Of a stretch of 32,000 bases of DNA, positions 14,334 to 22,688 are shown one piece after another. How positions within the stretch are numbered: the stretch's first letter is position 1; the number at the start of each line of letters is the position of its first letter. This DNA comes from an uncultured Actinomycetota bacterium. GTDB lineage: Bacteria; Actinomycetota; Actinomycetes; Streptomycetales; Streptomycetaceae. The translations under genes were made by a program, and so were the position numbers. The DNA is taken from NCBI GenBank assembly GCA_963761325.1, contig CAVXGZ010000001.1, forward strand, positions 1,859,020 to 1,891,019. Reading direction: 5' to 3'. The notes under the pieces were generated by a model. It worked only from the letters and a program-made list of their open reading frames with translations, ran no database searches and was not told where the DNA came from.

Positions 14334-14997
14334 TCAGCTGCCGACCGGGCTGATGAACGTACCGGGGTGGGTCGCCCCGTCCTGGAGCAGCACGTGGCCC
14401 CAGCGCCACGGAATGTCGTAGGACTTGGTCTCGTTCGGCAGTGTGATCACCAGGATGGTGGGCGCGAAGTCGTTGGCGGCGGAGTTGCCCTCGGCGCTCC
14501 ACGGCAGGAAGGTCACCGTGAACTGGGTGGAGTCGCCGGGGTCGAGGGCGATGGTGTGCGGGGGCTGGGAACTGCGGGTGAGCGGCCACTGCTTGCCGCT
14601 GTTGTCCAGGTCGGCTCCCGGGAAGCCGCGCAGCACGCAGGTGTGGCCGCTGGTGTTCTTGAGGATGACGAACGCGCTCTGCTGCTCCGTCGAGTGGGGG
14701 TCGGGGACGGCGTCGCCGCCGGTGGCCCAGGAGTAGCTGACGTCGTCGGCGTGGCAACGGCTGGACCCGGTGGTACCCGTCGCGCCGGTCGGGCCGGTGG
14801 TCGGGCGGTGGTCGGGCGGCGGTCGGGCCGGTTGAGGTGCCGCCGCCGGCCGGGGCGGTGGTGCCGCTGGGCGAGGCGGACACGGGCGGCGGCGAGGAGG
14901 CCGCGTCCGAGGTCCCGGTGTCGCCGTTGCAGGCGCCCAGGGTGAGGACTCCCAGCGCCGTCGCCGTCACGGCGACCACAGTGCGCGCGAAATGCAT
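14334..14997 (-). pseudogene. DUF4232-type lipoprotein gene, frameshifted within its Gly/Pro/Thr linker
   Basis: The N-terminus, in the frame starting at 14997, reads MHFARTVVAVTATALGVLTLGACNGD (lipobox LGAC) followed by a Ser/Pro/Thr linker. The DUF4232-like domain (CHADDVSYSW..HTCVLRGFPGADLDNSGKQWPL..FTVTFLPW..) is in a different frame ending at 14334. That frame has no start codon of its own upstream of the internal GTG 14636. The frames switch inside the repeat at 14787-14828. Confidence 0.65.
14787..14828. repeat. short tandem repeat (GGTCGGGC core, spacings of 12, 11 and 11 nt) in the lipoprotein linker
   Basis: GGTCGGGC occurs at 14787-14794, 14799-14806, 14810-14817 and 14821-14828. 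On the coding strand the units are GGCCCGACC, GCCCGACC, GCCCGACC and GGCCCGACC. The peptide RPPPDHRP is encoded twice, at 14791-14814 in one frame and at 14802-14825 in the other. Confidence 0.75.
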
Positions 14998-15464
14998 GAA
15001 TTCCCCCGTGGCAGTCGGATCACGGCGTGCGCCGCGGTCTGTTGATCGGTCTGATCCCTAGTCACGCGACGGCGGTGGCCAGGGGTTCTGCGCGGAGATC
15101 CTCTGTGACACGTCTGTGACGGCGGGCCGATCCGTCGCCCGCCGGCCAGGCGGAGTGGCGCTCACCGGCACCCGCCGCCGCGGCACCCTCCGCCGCGGCG
15201 CGCACCGCACCGGGCCGCACACCGGGAGAACGGAGAACGCCGGGAGAACCGGGAACGGGGGACACGGGACGCCTCCGTCATCCCACCGCGCTCCGCCGAA
15301 CGAGTCCCGTCCGGCGGGCCATCCGCGTGCATTCGCCGGGCACGGGCCGTGGAGAACCGTGGCGGACGGTCGTCGGCCACGGGCGGGCCGTCAGCATGAT
15401 GGCGGCGCCGCGCAGGCCGCGCCGCCGGCCTCCCCGGCCCACCGTTCCCGAGTTGGAGCTGCCC

Positions 15465-16202
15465 GTGAACGCCCCTGCGGCCGCCCAGGACACCCCGCCC
15501 GCGCGGTACGACGATCTGCGCGCCCTGTTCTTCAACTGCACGCTCAAGCGGTCGCCCGAGGTCAGCAACACCGAAGGGCTCGTCGACCGCAGCCGCCGCA
15601 TCATGGAGGCGCAGGGCGTGGCCGTCGAGGTCGTGCGGGCCGTCGACGAGGACATCGCGACCGGCGTCTGGCCGGACATGACCGAACACGGCTGGCCGTC
15701 CGACGCCTGGCCGGACCTCTACCGCAAGGTGCTGGCCGCCGACATCCTCGTCATCGCCGGACCCATCTGGCTTGGCGACAACGCCTCCGTCACCAAGCGG
15801 GTGACCGAGCGCCTGTACGCCTGCTCCAGCCTCCTCAACGAGCGGGGCCAGTACGCCTACTACGGCCGGGTCGGCGGCTGCCTGATCACCGGCAACGAGG
15901 ACGGCGTCAAGCACTGCGCGATGGACGTCCTCTACAGCCTCCAGCACATCGGGTACACGATCCCGCCGCAGGCCGACGCCGGCTGGATCGGCGAGGCCGG
16001 CCCCGGACCGTCCTACCTCGACGCGGGGTCGGGCGGCCCGGAGAACGAGTTCACCAAGCGCAACACCACGTTCATGACCTGGAACCTGCTCCACCTGGCC
16101 CGGCTCCTGAAGGACGCCGGCGGCGTCCCCGCCTACGGCAACCAGCGCACGGCCTGGGACGCCGGCTGCCACCACGACGCCGCCAACCCCGAACACCGCT
16201 GA
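15465..16202 (+). CDS. flavodoxin-like fold NAD(P)H-dependent FMN reductase family protein
   Basis: LRALFFNCTLKRSPEVSNTEGL..ADILVIAGPIWLGDNASVTKRVTERL..GRVGGCLITGNEDG matches the flavodoxin-like reductase pattern. The start is set at GTG 15465 (GGAG 6 nt upstream). The longer track ORF from 15327 adds an R/P-rich extension that is unlikely to be real. Confidence 0.8.
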   Translation: MNAPAAAQDTPPARYDDLRALFFNCTLKRSPEVSNTEGLVDRSRRIMEAQGVAVEVVRAVDEDIATGVWPDMTEHGWPSDAWPDLYRKVLAADILVIAGPIWLGDNASVTKRVTERLYACSSLLNERGQYAYYGRVGGCLITGNEDGVKHCAMDVLYSLQHIGYTIPPQADAGWIGEAGPGPSYLDAGSGGPENEFTKRNTTFMTWNLLHLARLLKDAGGVPAYGNQRTAWDAGCHHDAANPEHR

Positions 16203-16492
16203 ACCCGCCGGCGGGCGAGAACGGCGGCCGGGGCCGACGCGGCCGGAACGTCCGGAGGAAGCGCCCGCGCCTGGTGACCGGGTGGTCCCTGACCGTCATC
16301 ACCGCTGGTCGGAGACCGATCGGACATCCCGCGCGGTCGAAGCCGGCCGCAGAGCCGTGCCCGGTGGCCTCACGCCGCCGGAAGAGCGACCATGGAAGTC
16401 ACAGCAGATGCCGGTGCCGCCGGTCCGGGACAACCGTTTGCGCGATATCCGCCCCCAGGCACCGGCGAGATGTCCGCAAGTAGGCGATTGTC

Positions 16493-16903
16493 ATGACCGC
16501 AGCAGTGAACCTGGCGTACCAGTATCCGATACTCGGGGCCTTCTGGACGGTCTTCCTCTTCGCCCTGGCCGTACTCTGGCTCATCCTCCTCTTCCGGGTG
16601 ATCACCGACATCTTCCGGGACGACGTGATGAGCGGGGGCGTCAAGGCGGCGTGGCTCGTGTTCGTGATCCTCCTGCCCTTCCTCGGCGTGTTCGTCTACG
16701 TCGCGGCCCGCGGCAGGCGAATGGGGCAGCGCGAACAGGCCCAGGCCCAGGAACGGCAGGAGAAGCTCGACTCCTACATCCGCACCACCACCGGTATTCC
16801 GCCGACCCAGACGGAACAGCTCTCGACGCTCACCGAGATGCACGACAGCGGCACCCTCTCCGACGAGGAGTTCCGCCGCGCCAAGGAGAAGGTGCTGCAC
16901 TGA
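16493..16903 (+). CDS. small membrane protein with PLDc_N-type N-terminal transmembrane domain and C-terminal SHOCT domain
   Basis: Two TM helices surround the LILLFRVITDIFRDDVMSGGVKAAWLVFVILLPFLGVFVYV motif (PLD-nuclease N-terminal family). The C-terminal LSTLTEMHDSGTLSDEEFRRAKEKVL is a typical SHOCT motif. Confidence 0.8.
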   Translation: MTAAVNLAYQYPILGAFWTVFLFALAVLWLILLFRVITDIFRDDVMSGGVKAAWLVFVILLPFLGVFVYVAARGRRMGQREQAQAQERQEKLDSYIRTTTGIPPTQTEQLSTLTEMHDSGTLSDEEFRRAKEKVLH

Positions 16904-16957
16904 CGCGCGAGGGCCTGCGCCCCGCGCACCACCGGGTGTGCGGGGCGCGGCGGCGGG

Positions 16958-17914
16958 TCAGCCGATGACCTTCCAGTGGTCGTAGGCGCTGATCATCTGG
17001 TAGTTGCGGTCCGGGCAGTAGAAGGCGCTGTTCGGCTGGTCGTAGTGGGTGTCGGCGTTCGCCGAGCTGGCGGGGGACCAGACGCCGTTGTCGCGGACCG
17101 AGATGTTGCTGGACTCGAAGGTCAGGCCGGTCATGTCGTCACAGGAGTACGCGTTGCCGGAGGGGCCGACCGTGGAGTAGAGCTCCTCGATGTCCCAGCC
17201 GTCGGTGCGGCCGGACTGGTTGGTCCCGGACTGGGTGAACAGGGTGTCCCACTGGCCGGTCGCGTAGTCGTAGAGCTGCGCGGACCAGGTGTTGGAGGCC
17301 GAGGAGGTCATGATGACGCGTCCGGTGTACGCGCCGGAGCCGTCGGTGTAGGTGCTCAGGAAGGAGCTGTCGATGGGCACCGAGGCGGCGAAGTTGACGC
17401 TCTGGCACCAGTCCCAGGCGGAGACCGAGCGGACGGACTGCGTGTAGACGGTGACGAGTTCGACGCAGGAGCCGCCGGGCGGGTACATGGTCGGGGTGTA
17501 GATGGTGGTGTAGCCGTCCGAGACGTTGAGCTGGGTGGAGACCGACTGGGTGGCGCACGAGCCGTCCGCGCCGGACATCGCCTTGAACGAGGTGCCCTGC
17601 GCCGGATGGATGTCGACCAGTGGCCGCCGTGTGGAGTCACCGGCGGTCCCGAGCGGGCCCTTGGCGGGTATCCCGTACTGCGCGCGGTGCTGCGCGGTGA
17701 GGGACGAGAGCTGGCGGTGCACCTCCGCCGTGGGCAGCGCCCCGCGGACGGTGTGCCGGGATACGGCCGCGGAGCTGCAGACGTCCGCCGCGCGGGGGCT
17801 CGCGGCGGGGTGTGCGGCGTGCGCGGGGCTGGCGGCGGCGGCGCCCAGACCGCAGCCCAGGACCAGGGCTGCTGCGGCGGCGAAGACGGCCGCCGTGGAC
17901 TTCAGACTTCTCAC
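16958..17914 (-). CDS. secreted (possibly lipo-) protein of unknown function, Ser/Thr/Tyr-rich and probably beta-rich
   Basis: The start is set at GTG 17914 (GAGAGGA about 10 nt upstream); the track extension to 18220 is R/P-rich junk. The signal peptide VRSLKSTAAVFAAAAALVLGCGLGAAAA contains an LGC lipobox-like motif. The mature part has paired Cys residues and many aromatic residues. No family was recognised with confidence. Confidence 0.7.
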   Translation of the reverse strand: MRSLKSTAAVFAAAAALVLGCGLGAAAASPAHAAHPAASPRAADVCSSAAVSRHTVRGALPTAEVHRQLSSLTAQHRAQYGIPAKGPLGTAGDSTRRPLVDIHPAQGTSFKAMSGADGSCATQSVSTQLNVSDGYTTIYTPTMYPPGGSCVELVTVYTQSVRSVSAWDWCQSVNFAASVPIDSSFLSTYTDGSGAYTGRVIMTSSASNTWSAQLYDYATGQWDTLFTQSGTNQSGRTDGWDIEELYSTVGPSGNAYSCDDMTGLTFESSNISVRDNGVWSPASSANADTHYDQPNSAFYCPDRNYQMISAYDHWKVIG

Positions 17915-18475
17915 GCTGATGCGATCCTCTCGGGAGGGCCAAGGGATGTGCGCAAAACATGTCCATGACAAGGCATGTCGATCAAAAAGAGAAGCCTTCG
18001 GTCGACTGTTGTCCGTCCGGGGTCGAGAAAAGTCCGGTTCCGCAGGTCCCGGGCCGGCGCCGGCGGGCCCGCGCCCTCCGGGCGCCGATGGTCCGACGCG
18101 GCGCGCGGCGCCGGGAGTTGGGGGCGGCCGGGCCGGGCGGCCGGTTCGCCCGAGATCACCCTCGATGGTCATTGAGGGCGCCGGAAGAGCCAATGAGCAG
18201 GCAATTCGCTGATCATTCAAGCGCCTTGTAATGGTAAAGCAAAGGTATAGAACCTTTTGAAAGGGTTGTCGGGGTGGGCCTGCCGGGCTACTTTTCCCGA
18301 GGCCCGTCTCCGGACCGGAACGGCCAGATATCCACGCAAATCGCGCAAGCGGGTCGCCACCGGCAGCTCAAGTGCCCCCGGCGGCCCGTCCGTTCCACGG
18401 CTCCACGGTTCATCAACCAGCTCCAGGTTTTCCCCCGGACCCAGCTCAGGTTCATCAACCACAGGAGGCACCACC

Positions 18476-19699
18476 TTGCGCAGACCCGCGCCCGCGGCCT
18501 TACGCCGCACCGGGCTCTCAGTGATCGCCGCCGCCGGACTCGCCCTCGGCGGTTTCGCGGCTGCCCCCTCCGCCAGTGCCGCGCAGGCCGGCCCCGCCGT
18601 GCACGGCGTGACCGTGACCCACTCCTGCGCCGCCCCGCGCGCCGGTTACCTGGCCTGCAACGCCCTGAAGGTCACCAGCGGCACGCACACCTCCGTCATC
18701 TCGCCGCTGGCCACGCCTTCCGGCTACGGGCCCACCGACCTGCTGAGCGCGTACGCCCTGCCGGCCAACGGCGGCGCGGGCCAGACCGTCGCGATCGTCG
18801 ACGCCCAGGACAACCCCAACGCGGCCTCGGACCTCGCCGTGTACCGGTCCACCTACGGCCTGCCGGCCTGCACGGTGGCGAACGGCTGCTTCAAGAAGGT
18901 GAGCCAGACCGGCAGCACCACCTCGCTGCCCTCCCCCGACGCGGGCTGGGCGGAGGAGGAGTCGCTGGACGTCGACATGGTCTCGGCCATCGCGCCCAAC
19001 GCCCACATCATCCTGGTCGAGGCGAACTCCGCCACGATGGCCAACCTCGGCGCGTCGGTCAACGAGGCCGTCTCGCTGGGCGCCAAGTTCGTCTCCAACA
19101 GCTACGGCGGCGGTGAGTCGTCGTCCGACACCTCGTACGACTCCTCCTACTTCAACCACACCGGCGTCGCCATCACCGCCAGCTCCGGTGACAGCAGCTA
19201 CGGCGTGGAGTACCCGGCGGCCTCCCGCTACGTCACGGCGGTCGGCGGCACCACCCTCAACCGCGCCTCCAACAGCCGCGGTTGGAGCGAGACCGTGTGG
19301 TCCGGCGCCGGATCCGGCTGCTCGGCGTACGACGCCAAGCCGTCCTGGCAGAAGGACACCGGCTGCTCCCGGCGCACCGTGGCCGACGTCTCCGCGGTGG
19401 CCGACCCGAACACCGGTGTCGCGGTCTACGACACCTACGGCGGCGACCCGGGCTGGGAGGTCTTCGGCGGCACCTCGGTCGCGTCGCCGATCATCGCCTC
19501 GGTCTACGCCGACGCCGGCACCCCGTCGGCCGGCTCGACCCCGTCGTCGTTCCCCTACGCCCACACCGGGAACCTCAACGACGTGACGAGCGGCTCCAAC
19601 GGCTCGTGCAGCCCGGCCTACCTGTGCACCGGTGAGGTCGGCTACGACGGCCCGACCGGTCTCGGCACCCCGAACGGGCTCACCGCCTTCAAGGGCTGA
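18476..19699 (+). CDS. secreted S53 (sedolisin/kumamolisin-like) family serine peptidase
   Basis: YGPTDLLSAYALP, GQTVAIVDAQDNP, EESLDVDMVSAIAPNAHIILVE, ITASSGDSSYG and the nucleophile motif GGTSVASPIIAS are characteristic of S8/S53-clan sedolisins. The start is set at TTG 18476 (AGGAGG 7 nt upstream). The signal LRRPAPAALRRTGLSVIAAAGLALGGFAAAPSASA has a possible Tat-like RR. Confidence 0.85.
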   Translation: MRRPAPAALRRTGLSVIAAAGLALGGFAAAPSASAAQAGPAVHGVTVTHSCAAPRAGYLACNALKVTSGTHTSVISPLATPSGYGPTDLLSAYALPANGGAGQTVAIVDAQDNPNAASDLAVYRSTYGLPACTVANGCFKKVSQTGSTTSLPSPDAGWAEEESLDVDMVSAIAPNAHIILVEANSATMANLGASVNEAVSLGAKFVSNSYGGGESSSDTSYDSSYFNHTGVAITASSGDSSYGVEYPAASRYVTAVGGTTLNRASNSRGWSETVWSGAGSGCSAYDAKPSWQKDTGCSRRTVADVSAVADPNTGVAVYDTYGGDPGWEVFGGTSVASPIIASVYADAGTPSAGSTPSSFPYAHTGNLNDVTSGSNGSCSPAYLCTGEVGYDGPTGLGTPNGLTAFKG

Positions 19700-19714
19700 G
19701 CCGACCGCCCCGGC

Positions 19715-19733
19715 CCGCCCCGCATCGGGGCGG
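19715..19733. terminator. GC hairpin between the convergent S53 peptidase and SARP genes
   Basis: CCGCCCCG (19715-19722) pairs with CGGGGCGG (19726-19733) around a 3-nt loop. A second weaker hairpin is GTCCGG (19750-19755) with CCGGAC (19766-19771). Confidence 0.45.
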
Positions 19734-19773
19734 ACCGGGGCACCGGTGTGTCCGGACGCCCGCGCCCGGACGG

Positions 19774-22548
19774 TCAGTCGGCGCCCGCCAGGCCGGCGAG
19801 CTTGGTGTCGAGCCGGTCCGCGGTGGCGGTGTGGCCCAGTTCGACGAAGATGTCGAGGGCGTGCTGCCAGACCTCCCGGGCGGTGTCGGGATCGCCCGCG
19901 GCGTGTGCGGTGTCGCCGAGGTGGGCGAGCAGGGACGCCTCGTTGAACCGGTCGCCGCACTCGCGGTAGATGTCGCGGGCGCGTTCGTAGCAGGTGATGG
20001 CCTGCTGGTGCCGGCCGACGTTGTGGTGCACGAGGCCCAGGGTGTCCAGGGTGGAGCTCTCGCCGCTGTGGTCGCCGATCTCCCGCTGACGGGCGAGGGC
20101 GCTCTCGCAGAAGTCGACCGCCTCCGCGTACCGGCCGAGCTGCGTGTTGCACCAGCCGATGTTGTTGAGCGCCCTGGCCTCGCCGACCTGGTTGTTCGCC
20201 GCCTGGTACTTCCGCAGCGCCCGGGTGGCCTGGTCCAGCGCCCGGTGCAGGTCGTGTTGCCGTTCGAAGACGAGCGTCAGGTTGTTGTGGCAGTGCGCCT
20301 GGCCGAGCGGGTCGCCGAGTTCCCTGAAGAGCGCGACGGCTCGGTGCAGCAGGCGGTCGGCCTCGTCGTAGCGGCCCATCCTGGCGTTGGCCCGGCCCAG
20401 TTCGCTGTGCGCCGCCGCCTCCCCGGGCCGGTCGCCGAGCCGGTGGGCGGCTTCGAGGGCCGCGTGCTGGGTGGCGGCCCAGTCGTGCCAGTGGCCGCGC
20501 TGTTCGAGGTAGCTCGACATGGTGCGGGCCAGGTACCCGACCTGGGTGTCCGCGGCCGAGTCGACCGCGGCCAGCAGGGTCTGGTGCTCGGCGGCGAACC
20601 AGGCCAGCGCGCTGTCGCGGTCGGCGAAGGCCGCCGGCGGCACTCCGGGCCCGGGCGCGGGGAGTTCGATCGGGTCGCGGTGGCCCAGCATCGCGCCGGC
20701 GGCGTGTGCGGTGTGCAGGTAGTGGTCGACCAGCCGTTGCCGGGCGGTGGCCTGGTCCGCGGGCATGACGTCGTCGTGGGCGAGGGTGGTGGCGTAGGCC
20801 CGGAGCAGGTCGTGCATGCCGTAGCGGTCGGTGCCGGTCAGGTGGACCAGCTGCGCGCGGGTGAGCATGGTCAGGGCCGCGCGGGTGTGCTCCGGGGTGC
20901 GCCCGGCGAGGGCGGCGCAGGCGTTCAGCGAGATGTGCGGGCCCAACTGCAATCCCAGCAGCCGGAAGACGCGCGCCGCGGCGGCCGGCAGGTGCTGGTA
21001 GGACCAGGAGAAGACCGCGCTGACCGAGTAGCCGACCGAGTCCAGCATGCCCAGCCGCCGCCGGCGGTCGGTCAGTTCCGACACCAGGTCGGGCAGCGGG
21101 GTGGTGCGCTCCGTGGCGGCGAGCTCCGCCGCCACCCGCAGCGCCAGCGGCAGCCCCACGCACTGGTTGACCAGCGCCTCGCCGACCGCCGGCTCGCGGT
21201 CGACGCGGTCGCCGATCAGCCTGCGTAACAGGTCCAGCGAGTCGTCCATCGGCAGCAGGCCGAGGCCGACCCGCCGGGCGCCGTGCCGGGCGACCAGCCC
21301 GCCCAGGGTGTCGCGGCTGGTCACCGCGACCGCGCAGGACCCGGTGCCGGGCAGCATCGGCCGGACCTGCTCCACCGAGGAGGCGTTGTCCAGCACGACG
21401 AGGATCCGGCGGCCGCTGACCTCGGTGCGGTACCGGGCGATCCGGTCGGCCGCCTCCAACGGGATCTCGTGGGCGGGCAGTCCCAGCGCGGACAGCAGCC
21501 TGGCCAGTGCCTCGGTGCCGGACAGCGGCTGCTGCGGCGCGTAACCGTGCAGGTCGACGTAGAGCTGGCCGTCCGGGAAGCGGGCCCGCGCCTGGTGCGC
21601 CCAGTGCAGGACCAGCGTCGTCTTGCCGACCCCGGCCGTCCCGGACACCACCGCGATGGGCACCGCGGTGCCGTCGGTCCCGAGCAGGATCTGGTCCAGG
21701 TCGCCGAGTTCGCGCTGCCGGCCGACGAAGTCGGTCACGTCGCCGGGCAGGGTGGCGGGCACCATCCGGCGCGGTGACCGCCCGGCGCGGCGTCCGGTGT
21801 CCTTCGCCAGGAGCGCGCCGTAGGCGGAGACCAGCTCGGGACCCGGGTCGATGCCGAGCTCGTCGGCGAGCGTCCGCCGGGCCTGGTGGTAGGTGCCGAC
21901 CGCCGCCGCCCGCCGGCCGGCCGCGTCGTAGCCGCGGATGAGGCGTGCCAGGGCCGCCTCGTCCAACGGACGGGCGTGCGCGGCCTGTTCGAAGAGCACG
22001 ACGGCCTCGTCGACCGCTCCGGTGGCCAGCAGCATCTCACCCTTGGCCGCCGTCGCCGCGATCCGTTCCTCGATCAGCGCGAGGACCGGTGGATGAGCCG
22101 CCAGCGCGGGCACGTCGGTCAGCGGCGAGTCCGCCCGCCACAGGTCCAGCGCGGAGTCCAGCAGCGCGAGGGCGCCCGCGTGGTCGCCCGTCTGCTGGGC
22201 CGCCGCGGCCCGGCTCACCCGGGCGCGGAAGGAGAGGACGTCGAGTTCGCAGCTCTGGGTGCGCAGCACGTAGCCGTCGCCGACCGACGGAAGCAGCGAG
22301 CTGGGCGTGCGGGGCGTCCGGTCCGGTTCGAGCAGCCGGCGCAGGTGCTTGACGTGGGTCTGCAGGACGTTGACCGCGGAATGGGGCGGGCCGTCGGACC
22401 ACATGGCGTCGATGAGCTCCGCCCGGGAGACCGGCCTGCCCGCCGCCAGCCCGAGCAGGCCGAGGACCGCCCGCCGACCCGCCGTCGGCACGTCGAGGTG
22501 GACGCCGTCCCGTAAGACCCGCACCGGGCCGAGCAACTGGACCTGCAC
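19774..22548 (-). CDS. AfsR/SARP-family large transcriptional regulator (OmpR-type winged helix + BTAD + NB-ARC ATPase + TPR)
   Basis: The N-terminus VQLLGPVRVLRDGVHLDV..RAVLGLLGLAAGRPVSRAELIDAMW is the SARP DNA-binding domain. The BTAD region reads DVLSFRARV..ALALLDSALDLWRADSPL..RLIRGYDAAGRRAAAVGTYHQARRTLADELGIDPGPEL. The Walker A motif is VSGTAGVGKTTL. The C-terminus has TPR-like repeats (YAEAVDFCESALA.., HQQAITCYERARDIY..). GTG start at 22548 with GGGGGGA 7 nt upstream. Confidence 0.9.
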   Translation of the reverse strand: MQVQLLGPVRVLRDGVHLDVPTAGRRAVLGLLGLAAGRPVSRAELIDAMWSDGPPHSAVNVLQTHVKHLRRLLEPDRTPRTPSSLLPSVGDGYVLRTQSCELDVLSFRARVSRAAAAQQTGDHAGALALLDSALDLWRADSPLTDVPALAAHPPVLALIEERIAATAAKGEMLLATGAVDEAVVLFEQAAHARPLDEAALARLIRGYDAAGRRAAAVGTYHQARRTLADELGIDPGPELVSAYGALLAKDTGRRAGRSPRRMVPATLPGDVTDFVGRQRELGDLDQILLGTDGTAVPIAVVSGTAGVGKTTLVLHWAHQARARFPDGQLYVDLHGYAPQQPLSGTEALARLLSALGLPAHEIPLEAADRIARYRTEVSGRRILVVLDNASSVEQVRPMLPGTGSCAVAVTSRDTLGGLVARHGARRVGLGLLPMDDSLDLLRRLIGDRVDREPAVGEALVNQCVGLPLALRVAAELAATERTTPLPDLVSELTDRRRRLGMLDSVGYSVSAVFSWSYQHLPAAAARVFRLLGLQLGPHISLNACAALAGRTPEHTRAALTMLTRAQLVHLTGTDRYGMHDLLRAYATTLAHDDVMPADQATARQRLVDHYLHTAHAAGAMLGHRDPIELPAPGPGVPPAAFADRDSALAWFAAEHQTLLAAVDSAADTQVGYLARTMSSYLEQRGHWHDWAATQHAALEAAHRLGDRPGEAAAHSELGRANARMGRYDEADRLLHRAVALFRELGDPLGQAHCHNNLTLVFERQHDLHRALDQATRALRKYQAANNQVGEARALNNIGWCNTQLGRYAEAVDFCESALARQREIGDHSGESSTLDTLGLVHHNVGRHQQAITCYERARDIYRECGDRFNEASLLAHLGDTAHAAGDPDTAREVWQHALDIFVELGHTATADRLDTKLAGLAGAD

Positions 22549-22646
22549 GTCTGGATCCCCCCGCGCTCTCCCCGGACCCTTCGACGCACGCGAAGGATGA
22601 CTCGTCGTCCAGTCGCCATCCAGTGGTGCTTCATAGCTTAATCGAG

Positions 22647-22671
22647 GAACTCAACCGGGGGAGAACTCAAC
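22647..22671 (+). promoter_or_regulatory. direct repeat GAACTCAAC x2 in the SARP/operon divergent intergenic region (candidate activator-binding site)
   Basis: GAACTCAAC occurs at 22647-22655 and again at 22663-22671 (16-nt register). It lies in the lower-GC part of the 140-nt intergenic region, just upstream of the first operon gene. No clear -10 hexamer was seen. Confidence 0.3.
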
Positions 22672-22688
22672 GTGATCGGCGATGACGC

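Noticed and set aside
18518-21163. An 881-aa minus-strand ORF overlapping the S53 peptidase and part of the SARP gene
   Set aside because: R/G/P/A-rich low-complexity translation. It is antisense to the S53 gene and out of frame with the SARP gene, both of which have clear family signatures.
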